Positions 55,453 through 64,000 of a DNA stretch of 64,000 bases are shown here, piece after piece (the first letter of the stretch is position 1; the number at the start of each line of letters is the position of its first letter). This DNA comes from an uncultured Candidatus Binatia bacterium. Its GTDB lineage: Bacteria; Desulfobacterota; Binatia; UBA9968; JAJDTQ01. The notes below the pieces were generated by a model that did not search any database, was not told the origin of the DNA, and saw nothing but the letters and a program-made list of their open reading frames with translations. The position numbers and the translations under genes were made by a program. Location of the stretch: NCBI GenBank assembly GCA_965213675.1, contig OZ243916.1, positions 1,024,001 to 1,088,000 of the forward strand. The letters run 5' to 3'.

Positions 55453-55967
55453 GCCGCATCACCCCCCCTCTCAATTTCGCCCGCTGGATCGATGAGCACC
55501 GTCATCTACTCAAGCCGCCGGTGGGCAACCAGGTGGTATATACGGACACCGAGTTCACGGTGATGGTCGTGGGCGGTCCCAACACGCGCAAGGACTACCA
55601 TGTGGACGAGGGCGAGGAGTTCTTCTACCAACTCGAAGGCGACATGACGCTCCGGATCATGGAGGACGGCGCGCCGCGGGACATCCCCATCCGCGCGGGC
55701 GAGATCTTTCTGCTGCCTCCCAAGGTGCCGCATTCGCCGCAACGGCAGGCCGACACCGTGGGCCTCGTCATCGAGCGCCAGCGCCGCGACGGCGAGTTGG
55801 ACCTGTTCCAATGGTACTGCGACGACTGCCACGCCAAGATCTACGAGGAATCGGTGCAACTCACGGACATCGTCGCCCAGCTCCCGCCCATCTTCGAGCG
55901 CTTCTGGAAGAACGAGGCCAACCGCAAGTGCGACGGCTGCGGCTCGGTCATGGGGCCGCTCAACTGA
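55449..55967 (+). CDS. nbaC: 3-hydroxyanthranilate 3,4-dioxygenase
   Basis: LKPPVGN, VGGPNTRKDYH, EEFFYQLEG, VPHSPQR, rubredoxin-like CDDC / CDGC. Confidence 0.95.
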   Translation: MSRITPPLNFARWIDEHRHLLKPPVGNQVVYTDTEFTVMVVGGPNTRKDYHVDEGEEFFYQLEGDMTLRIMEDGAPRDIPIRAGEIFLLPPKVPHSPQRQADTVGLVIERQRRDGELDLFQWYCDDCHAKIYEESVQLTDIVAQLPPIFERFWKNEANRKCDGCGSVMGPLN

Positions 55968-56539
55968 GCCGCGATCCGCGCGCCCCTGCTTCCAAGCTGT
56001 ATCGCGGTCTGGCCAACGCCCTGACCCTGGGACGTTTCGCCGTCCCGGTCCCTTTCATTCACCTGATGGTCGAAACCGCCAAGGGAGCCCCCGGCTCCCC
56101 TGGTGCGCTCCTGTGCGGCCTGTACGTGATCACCGCGTCCTCCGACCTTCTCGACGGCTTCCTCGCCCGCCGCTCCGGCGCCCCGAGCGCGCGCTGGGGT
56201 CGTCTGGACGCCTTGGCGGACGTGTTCTTCAACACCACGGCGCTCCTGGCAGCCGCCTGGCTGGGGCTCATCGGCTACTGGGTGCCGCTCGGTGTTGCCG
56301 CCCTCGCGGCCCAGTTCCTGTACCGCAACAGGAAACCGCGGGCCAACACCGGAGTTCAGCTTCTGGAGGACCTCCCGGGGAAGGCCGCGGGCGTCATCTA
56401 CTACCTGCTGGTAGGCGCCGTCACATTGGGCCTGTGGCTGGATCGGGACCCGGCGCTGTGGCTCGATCAGGCGGGAAACGCGGTGTTCGTGTACACGGCG
56501 CTCGTCTTTGCCCGGAATCTTCGACGGACCACGCCATGA
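55964..56539 (+). CDS. CDP-alcohol phosphatidyltransferase family protein
   Basis: ANALTLGR, SDLLDGFLARR...WGRLDALAD; start uncertain. Confidence 0.8.
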   Translation: MSRDPRAPASKLYRGLANALTLGRFAVPVPFIHLMVETAKGAPGSPGALLCGLYVITASSDLLDGFLARRSGAPSARWGRLDALADVFFNTTALLAAAWLGLIGYWVPLGVAALAAQFLYRNRKPRANTGVQLLEDLPGKAAGVIYYLLVGAVTLGLWLDRDPALWLDQAGNAVFVYTALVFARNLRRTTP

Positions 56540-56579
56540 AACATTTCGCGTCACTCCGGTGTCCCCACCCACGCCCCGC

Positions 56580-56630
56580 CTGGATTCCCGCCCCCGATCG
56601 GGGTCGAGGGCAAGCTTTCGCGGGAATGAC
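56580..56630. repeat. dRS3/RPE-like palindromic repeat, long form (inverted)
   Basis: Reverse complement of 9677-9727; lies between convergent genes. Confidence 0.85.
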
Positions 56631-56777
56631 GTTTCGTAGGCCGTGTATCGAATCGCTCTCCACGAACTGTTTTGCAACATTGGGGTATACGCTGACGAAC
56701 TTGGCGGCTCGTGCCCGACGGCCCGATCATGCCGGTGGATAGCCCCGGGGCGCGCCGCCGAAGTCCACTGGTCCCAT

Positions 56778-58031
56778 TCAACGGTCGCCGGCGTACAGTT
56801 TGAGCGGCATGAGGCAGGCCGCCGCCGCGAAGACGAAGACCCCGGCGAGCACGAAGGCGGAGCCCAAGCCGTAGAGGTCGGCCAGGTAACCCGCGATGAT
56901 GGGCGTGGGCAGGACCGCGACTTGGGCGATCACCGTGGTCAGCCCTTGGGAGGACGCCTGTACGTTGGCGCCGGAGACATCCGCGATTACCGCGGTGATC
57001 ACGTTCATCAGGGTGTAGAAGAAGGTGCCGATGGCAGTGATGACGAGGGTCAGGGCCAGCACCGGCGGCGCCACCGCCAGCAGCACGTAGAGAACCCCGA
57101 GGATGAGCATCGACGGCACCAGCACGAACTTCCGGCCGTAGCGATCGGAGAGATAGCCCAGCGGAGTCTGGGAAAAGATGCCGACGACGTGAAGCAGCAT
57201 CCAGTAGACCCCGAGCAGGCTTGCGGAGAGTTGCAGCTCTTCCACCAGATATATGGGCAGAAACGTCAGCACCACCACACGGCCCATGGTCAGAAGGCCT
57301 CGCGAGGCGGAAATGGCCACGAAGGTCCCGTCCTTCAACAACGCCATCATGTCCGCGAAACGTCCGAGACGTGACCGGGGGACCTCATCCTGACGGAACA
57401 TCCCCAGAAGGCCGCGCAGGACCAGGAGACCGAACAGGACTCCCGGCACGACCTGCCACCAGAGGATATCTTCCCACGGCAGGGCCGCCAGCAGCACGCC
57501 TTGGGCGAGCGGCGACAGGCTGTCGCTGACGGTGGCGCCGGTACCGTGAACCGAGATGGCGGTGCCCCGGCGCTCCGGGAACTTGGATGTGAGCGTGGCC
57601 GCCGCCGTGGGGTGCCACAGGGCCGTGCCGAATCCGATGAGCACACTGGCGGCGAAGGCGGCGCCAAAACCGCCGCGGCTGCCGAAAAGCAGATAGGCCA
57701 ACCCCATCATCACCAGGGACGAGGCCAGGATCAGGTCCCGATACCGATGAAGCGCGTCGGCCAGAATTCCGGCGGGAAGGTTCAGGGTACCCTGTCCGAA
57801 CTGGCGCGCGGTCCCCAGCGCCCCCGCCTGCACCGCATTGAGGCCGAGTCCCGTCTTGATGAACGGCAGCGCCACCGGATACAACTGTTGAAACCAGTGA
57901 ATCGCGATGTGCCCCCCGGTGACGACGGTCAGCAGACGCAGCCGTTCGGGCCCCAGGTCGCGAGCGGCGTCCACAAGCCGCCGGGCGCGGGAGCGGGCGA
58001 CCGGGTCCGACGTTGGAGAATCTATCGACAT
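56778..58031 (-). CDS. MFS transporter (FSR-like)
   Basis: GTALWHP, GYLSDRYGRK, 12 TM. Confidence 0.88.
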   Translation of the reverse strand: MSIDSPTSDPVARSRARRLVDAARDLGPERLRLLTVVTGGHIAIHWFQQLYPVALPFIKTGLGLNAVQAGALGTARQFGQGTLNLPAGILADALHRYRDLILASSLVMMGLAYLLFGSRGGFGAAFAASVLIGFGTALWHPTAAATLTSKFPERRGTAISVHGTGATVSDSLSPLAQGVLLAALPWEDILWWQVVPGVLFGLLVLRGLLGMFRQDEVPRSRLGRFADMMALLKDGTFVAISASRGLLTMGRVVVLTFLPIYLVEELQLSASLLGVYWMLLHVVGIFSQTPLGYLSDRYGRKFVLVPSMLILGVLYVLLAVAPPVLALTLVITAIGTFFYTLMNVITAVIADVSGANVQASSQGLTTVIAQVAVLPTPIIAGYLADLYGLGSAFVLAGVFVFAAAACLMPLKLYAGDR

Positions 58032-58044
58032 GGCGCCACTTGGC

Positions 58045-58455
58045 TCACGGCTTCCACGGATTCACCAACTCGACGCCCGTGGCAACGAAATCGGCCTCGT
58101 TGCGTGTGACGACGGTCAGGCTGTAGCTCAGCGCCGTAGCAGCGATCAGCCCGTCCATCACGGGCAGCCTTTGACAGCGGGCCGTCAAGCGGCCCCAATG
58201 GTCCGCAACATGCGCGTCAAGCGGCAGAACACGCTCTCCCAGCCACATCGGCAGCTCCGTTTCCAACCAAGTAGTCAGCCGTAACCGCCGCTGACCTCGT
58301 CCCAGCATCATGATTCCCTTGCGGATCTCGCCCAGGGTCAAGACGCTGACGAAGATGGACGTCTTCGGCGTGTTCTCGAACCACCCGCGAACCTGCGACG
58401 ACGGCCGCGGTTTCACCAATTCCGACAAGGCGCAGGTATCGATCAGGAAACTCAC
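58045..58455 (-). CDS. vapC: VapC-family PIN toxin
   Basis: FLIDTCALSE, TLGEI, DGLIAATA, VTRNEADF. Confidence 0.92.
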   Translation of the reverse strand: MSFLIDTCALSELVKPRPSSQVRGWFENTPKTSIFVSVLTLGEIRKGIMMLGRGQRRLRLTTWLETELPMWLGERVLPLDAHVADHWGRLTARCQRLPVMDGLIAATALSYSLTVVTRNEADFVATGVELVNPWKP

Positions 58456-58703
58456 AGATCGATCTTGCGCGGCAGTGACTTGTCCCGCTCGATGTCGAGG
58501 TCCAATCCCACTCGTGAGGATACCCGCAGAAACTCGCGCGTCGAGAGTTCCGGACGTTTCAGGCGGTCATAGTCGTCCGCCGACAACAGCACGGCGGCGC
58601 GACGGCCCCGCACGGTAATGGTCTGCGGGCCCGAATCCTCGGCATCCCGTACCATTTCGCTGAAGCGCGCCTTGGCTTCCTGTACTTGCCAGTCCTGACT
58701 CAT
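58452..58703 (-). CDS. Phd/YefM-family antitoxin
   Basis: WQVQEAKARFSEMV..GPQTITVRGRRAAVLLS; overlaps toxin start. Confidence 0.92.
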   Translation of the reverse strand: MSQDWQVQEAKARFSEMVRDAEDSGPQTITVRGRRAAVLLSADDYDRLKRPELSTREFLRVSSRVGLDLDIERDKSLPRKIDL

Positions 58704-58712
58704 GGTTTCCTC

Positions 58713-58750
58713 CTGACCATGCATGGATCGATTCTGACCATCCTGACCAT
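58713..58750. promoter_or_regulatory. Candidate TA autoregulatory operator
   Basis: CTGACCAT three times (58713, 58734, 58743) directly upstream of the antitoxin. Confidence 0.5.
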
Positions 58751-58772
58751 TTACTACAGGGCATACCGAACT

Positions 58773-59771
58773 TCAACTTCCTGCGCCTGCAGGCCTCCGT
58801 GAGAACAGATCCGCGTACACCCGCGGCAGGAAGATCAAGCCGAAGGAGCCGTTGGCGAGCATGAAGGTGAGGTGGGCGGCGAGGCTGTAGGCGAGCAGGT
58901 CCGCCTCGGCGGCGTAACCGCCGAAGAAGAATATCCAGGCCGCCTGGGAGGTGCCCAGGTGGGCCACGGTGACGGGCAGCGCCGCCACCAGGTAGACGAT
59001 GGGCAGAAAGGCCAGCAGCGGCAGCATGGGGACATCGATGCCGAAGAACGTGAGCGCCCGGGCGTGCACCAGGAGCGAGAGGAAGAACACCGAGCCCTTG
59101 AGGGCAAGGATCGCCAGGGCCTGGAACCAGCGCGCCTTGCGGAATGTGGACAGGAGCACGTTGCCGCCGAAACGCCGCCCCAGCGCCCCCAACCGTCCCT
59201 GGGCGACGCCCATCACCGTGAGCCAGGCCAATGTCAGCAACACCGGCAGGAGGAAGAAGACCGCTGGCGTGCCGCCGGGGAAGGCGATCGAGCCCACGGT
59301 GGCGAAGAAGATGAGGTTGGTGGCCTCCAGCAGGATGAGCAGCATCACGCTGCTGATGACCTCCCCCAGTGGCGTACGGAAGCGACGGTTCAGGTACAGC
59401 GCCAGCGCCGCCTGGGCAAGTTGCGTGTTGATGATGGCCACCACGTAGGTGGAGGCGCGCACCGGCAGCAGCTCCCGGTAGCGGATGGGTCCGTGAAACC
59501 AGCGGATCAGGATGGTGAGCGCCGTCGAGTCCACCAGGAAAAAACAAAGGGAAAACAACCCCATGACGCCTAAGAACGGCAGCAGGCGAGCCCCGGAAAC
59601 CGCCTGCCAAAAAGCGTCGAAGGGAATGCGCCAGAAGATGACGCCGAAGATGACGAGGGTCAAGGTCACCGGGACGAGACGCGCCCAAGGGCTCTGTCCC
59701 TTCGGCGGAGCCGTGCGCTGTCCGCTGGGCGGCGCGGTTGTGTCGTGAGTCGCCGGATCGTTCACATGCAT
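58773..59771 (-). CDS. Lysylphosphatidylglycerol synthase TM / flippase-like (UPF0104) membrane protein
   Basis: Multi-TM; ALPVTVAHLGTSQAAW motif. Confidence 0.7.
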   Translation of the reverse strand: MHVNDPATHDTTAPPSGQRTAPPKGQSPWARLVPVTLTLVIFGVIFWRIPFDAFWQAVSGARLLPFLGVMGLFSLCFFLVDSTALTILIRWFHGPIRYRELLPVRASTYVVAIINTQLAQAALALYLNRRFRTPLGEVISSVMLLILLEATNLIFFATVGSIAFPGGTPAVFFLLPVLLTLAWLTVMGVAQGRLGALGRRFGGNVLLSTFRKARWFQALAILALKGSVFFLSLLVHARALTFFGIDVPMLPLLAFLPIVYLVAALPVTVAHLGTSQAAWIFFFGGYAAEADLLAYSLAAHLTFMLANGSFGLIFLPRVYADLFSRRPAGAGS

Positions 59772-59795
59772 GGTCCGTGGCGGGTTGTCCGTCCA

Positions 59796-60767
59796 TCATC
59801 CCGGCTTGTCGCGGCTTGCCTGCCGGTCACCGGGCGTCGACAATTCATCCAGCAGATCCTCCACCGGGGTCAACGGAAACGGCAGCAGGGCGCGAGTCTC
59901 CGTGGCATCCCCCAGGTGTTCATTGAACAGCGTATCGAACAGCGTCCGGTTCCAGCCCCACCCCAGACGTCCGCTCATGACGGCCGCGGCCTCCGCCAGC
60001 CAACCCGGCACACCCAGCACCCGCGGACGCCGGCCCATGCGCGACGCGGCCCGCCGCAGCAGTTCCACGTAGGTCAACGTGTCCGGCCCCACCAGATCCA
60101 GCACATGCGCCGGCGCGGTCTCCACCGCAAGCGCCCACTGCATCGCGCGGGTCACGTCCGCCAGCGCCACCGGCTGGATGCGCACCCGCCCGCCGCGCAC
60201 CAGCGGCGCCACGCGCCGGCCAGCCAGGTGAAACAGAGTACGCGCCGACGGCGTCCCCCGTCCCAACACCATGGGGACGCGGAAAACCACCGCATCGAAT
60301 CCCGCCCGCCGTATGGCGGACTCCGCCAATGCCTTGGAACGCAGGTACTCGTTGGCCGAGTTCAGCGCCGCGCCGGGGGCGCTCAAGTAGACAAACCTGC
60401 GGGCGCCGGCAGCCTGGGCGGCCGACACCACTTTTCGTGTCGTCCAGGTATTGGCGTCGTGAAGGCGCTCTCCGCGCCGGGGTTGGAGCGCCCCGGCGAG
60501 GTGCACGATGGCGTCGGCCCCTTGAACCGCGGCCGCCAGCGCTTCTGGCTGTTCGTAGTCGACCTGTCGGACTTCAACGGGGAAACCGTCGAGAACAGCC
60601 GCCTGAGCGGGTCCTCTCACCATGGCGCGCACCCGCTCAACGGCCGGAGGCGTACGCTCGGCCAGACGGCGAATCAACGCCACCCCCACCACTCCGTTGG
60701 CCCCTGTGACTGCGATATCGATGGCAAGACTCCCCGCTCCACCCGTCTCTGGATTTTCGCGCCACAT
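59796..60767 (-). CDS. NAD-dependent epimerase/dehydratase (NDUFA9-like SDR)
   Basis: VTGANGVVG, IVHLAG, YLRSK, QPVALADV; start uncertain. Confidence 0.85.
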   Translation of the reverse strand: MWRENPETGGAGSLAIDIAVTGANGVVGVALIRRLAERTPPAVERVRAMVRGPAQAAVLDGFPVEVRQVDYEQPEALAAAVQGADAIVHLAGALQPRRGERLHDANTWTTRKVVSAAQAAGARRFVYLSAPGAALNSANEYLRSKALAESAIRRAGFDAVVFRVPMVLGRGTPSARTLFHLAGRRVAPLVRGGRVRIQPVALADVTRAMQWALAVETAPAHVLDLVGPDTLTYVELLRRAASRMGRRPRVLGVPGWLAEAAAVMSGRLGWGWNRTLFDTLFNEHLGDATETRALLPFPLTPVEDLLDELSTPGDRQASRDKPG

Positions 60768-60897
60768 ACGGCGCCAAGCTCTCGCGGGAATGACGATTCA
60801 AGAGGTCTCCGCCGCATGCGTCTTGACACGGGCTGTCTCGCGGGAACGACGGCAAGCGGCGTCAGGGCTACGCAAGTGTGGACACGGCAGGACTCAC

Positions 60898-62142
60898 TCA
60901 GCTCAGCATCCGGTGCGTGGGCGCCAGCAGCTTCTCCACCGGCAGGCCGTGGGTGCAGGCGCCGGCACATGCCTGGGTCGGGCAAGTGAGGCAGGCAGCG
61001 GCGCCCTGGCCGAGGAGAGCGTATTCGCTGCGCGCAAGCTTCTCGTCCTGGTAGTCGCGGGCGTACATGCGCGTACGCAGGACGTCGGCGATGGGAACGC
61101 CGTAGGGACAGGCACCCTCGCAGTCGTTGCACGCGTGGCGGCAGTACGAAGCGCCGTTCATGCGCGCGTAGCCCTGGAGCAGATCGAGGTCGCCGCGGGC
61201 GGCGCTGGTCCAGCCGGAAGCGCCCAGGTACTCCTTGATGACGCCCACATCGGTCATGGAGATGATCAGCGCATGCACGTCCGGATTGGACAGCACCCAA
61301 CGAAAGGCCGCCTGGGCATAGGTGGCGCCGTCCTTCTCGAACGGCCGCATGTCGTTCAAGCGAGCGCCCATGAGGGTCTTCATGGCGATGACGCCCACGT
61401 TCCTGGCCCTGGCCTTCTTGAGCACGCGCGGGAGATCCGGCTGACGCGCGATGAAATCGAAGCCGCGCGTGAAGCGTTCGTAGAACTTGGGATCCTGGCC
61501 GAAGTTGTAGGACAGAAGGAGGACATCCATCATGTCCTGGTCCAGCGCGTAGTCCAGACACTGGATAAGCCGGCCGGCGTGGCCGGACATGCCGGAAAAG
61601 CGAATCTTCCCCTGCTTGCGCGCCTGTTCCACGAAGGCGTGCCACTCGGGGTTTTCGAGCCGGCCGATGTCGTTGACCGCATGGGTGAAGTAGACGTCCA
61701 CGTAGTCGGTCTGAAGGCGCCGCAGGCTACCTTCGAGTGAGCGCAGCATCGACGCCCGGTCCTCGCCGCTGCTGGTATGGGTCTTGGAGGCGATGAAGAC
61801 CTTGTCGCGCTTGCCCCGCAAGGCGTTGCCGATGGTGATCTCGGAATCGCCGCCGCGGTAGCTGTCGGCCGTGTCGAAGTAATTGATGCCCCGGTCCAGG
61901 GCGTCCAACACCAGATGTTCCTCACCCGCATCCAGGCGGCTCGAACCGAATGAGATGTCGGAGACCTCAAGACCGGTGCGGCCCAGGGTGACGTAGCGCT
62001 TCACCTCGGCCCGGGTCTGGGCGCGCGCCTTGCCTGCGCCGGCTGCGGTAAAGGGCAGAAGCCCGGCGGCCACCCCCGCCATCGCGCCCCGGCGCAGAAG
62101 CTCGCGCCGCCCCAGCTTGTCACCATCGTCGGACTTCTTCAT
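60898..62142 (-). CDS. Aldo/keto reductase with Tat-like leader and C-terminal Fe-S cysteines
   Basis: GRRELL twin-Arg; LGRTGLEVS, FDTADSY, SLRRLQTDYVD; CRHACNDCEGACP and CLTC..CAGAC. Confidence 0.88.
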   Translation of the reverse strand: MKKSDDGDKLGRRELLRRGAMAGVAAGLLPFTAAGAGKARAQTRAEVKRYVTLGRTGLEVSDISFGSSRLDAGEEHLVLDALDRGINYFDTADSYRGGDSEITIGNALRGKRDKVFIASKTHTSSGEDRASMLRSLEGSLRRLQTDYVDVYFTHAVNDIGRLENPEWHAFVEQARKQGKIRFSGMSGHAGRLIQCLDYALDQDMMDVLLLSYNFGQDPKFYERFTRGFDFIARQPDLPRVLKKARARNVGVIAMKTLMGARLNDMRPFEKDGATYAQAAFRWVLSNPDVHALIISMTDVGVIKEYLGASGWTSAARGDLDLLQGYARMNGASYCRHACNDCEGACPYGVPIADVLRTRMYARDYQDEKLARSEYALLGQGAAACLTCPTQACAGACTHGLPVEKLLAPTHRMLS

Positions 62143-62388
62143 GGCGGCTCCTTCGTTCCTGAACGTGCCCGCGAAACGGGACTGGCGCGACCGCCGGTCG
62201 CCCCAGCAGATCATTGCGCTTGCCAGACACAAGGTTCCCCGCGCAACCCATGGCAGAAATATACGTGACACGCCACGGACTGCAACACAGGACCACCCCA
62301 CGCTGACCGGGCATCCGTGTGGAGCGCCCGATGGGTTACCGGCTGACCGTGACCTGTGGGCTGACCCGCGCGGGACGACTTCCCGGCG

Positions 62389-63128
62389 TCACTCGCCGGC
62401 GACCCCCACGAGCGAAGTCAGCAGCGGCTCGTCGGCCGCCAGGTCCGCGCTGGCGCCGTCGTAGACGATGCGGCCGCGGTTCATCACCACGGTGCGCTCC
62501 GAGAACTCCAGGGCGATGCCGGTGTGCTGCTCCACCAGGATGATGGCAAGCCCTTCCTGGGCGCGGAGTGTGTGCATGGCCGACACCAGTTGCTCGATAA
62601 TGACCGGCGCCAGGCCCTCGGTGGGCTCGTCCATGAGCAGCACCGTGGGGTTTCCCGCCAGCGCCCGGGCAATGGCCAGCATCTGCTGCTCGCCGCCGGA
62701 GAGCTGGCCGCCCTTGTGGGTCGTGCGCGAGCCCAGTTGCGGGAACAGCTCGTAGACCTGCTCGAAGGTCCAGCCGCCTGCCCGGCGCGCCACCGCCAGA
62801 TTCTCGTACACGCTCAGCGACGGGAACACTTCCCGTTCCTGGGGCACCAGGCCCAGGCCGGCGCGGGCGCGGTCGTAGGTGCGGGCGTCGGAGATGTCGC
62901 GGCCCGCCAACTCGATGCGGCCGGCGTGGAGCGTGGTGTAGCCCATGGCGGTACCCAGAAGCGTGGTCTTCCCCACCCCGTTGCGGCCAATGATGCTCAG
63001 CCGTTCGCCCCGGTCCAGAGTCAGGTCGATGTCTTCCAGCACGACGGTATGGCCATAGCCGGCCTGGACGCCGGTGAGGGCAAGGGCCTTGATCGGGCGC
63101 GCCTCCGGCGCCGTGTCAGCGGCGCGGC

Positions 63129-63132
<4 letters not shown>
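62389..63132 (-). CDS. Branched-chain amino acid ABC transporter ATP-binding protein (LivF-like)
   Basis: [31 protein letters not shown]. Confidence 0.93.
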
Positions 63133-63986
<854 letters not shown>

Positions 63987-64000
63987 CAGCCCGCCTGGAT

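Overview
GC-rich bacterial chromosomal window; the gene content resembles a deltaproteobacteria-like, possibly host-associated MAG, but that is inference only. Left: the housekeeping operon pheA-hisC-tyrA-aroA-cmk-rpsA, then a catabolic cluster (CoA-transferase, LLM oxidoreductase, four-subunit molybdenum hydroxylase in nicotinate-dehydrogenase-like order, maleate isomerase-like gene, PLP enzymes, UbiD), then mutL-miaA. Centre (about 24.7-40.7 kb): an accessory island of secreted and membrane proteins. It holds a caspase/PG-binding/FGE-lectin protein, an OmpA-subtilase with a stand-alone propeptide-like lipoprotein, a transglycosylase-like gene, three paralogues of an unrecognised domain, a membrane-anchored Lon-type protease operon and a second FGE protein. 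The main signal is two dispersed caspase-FGE genes (24771-26954 and 45304-47454). Their 3' ends differ in the adenine-directed, non-synonymous pattern of diversity-generating retroelement (DGR) variable repeats, and the first is followed by a GGA-loop hairpin. I found no template repeat or reverse transcriptase in the window. Right: metabolic and transport genes, a Phd-VapC toxin-antitoxin pair, an IS5-derived miniature element and many dRS3/RPE-like palindromic repeats. I saw no rRNA, tRNA or CRISPR array.
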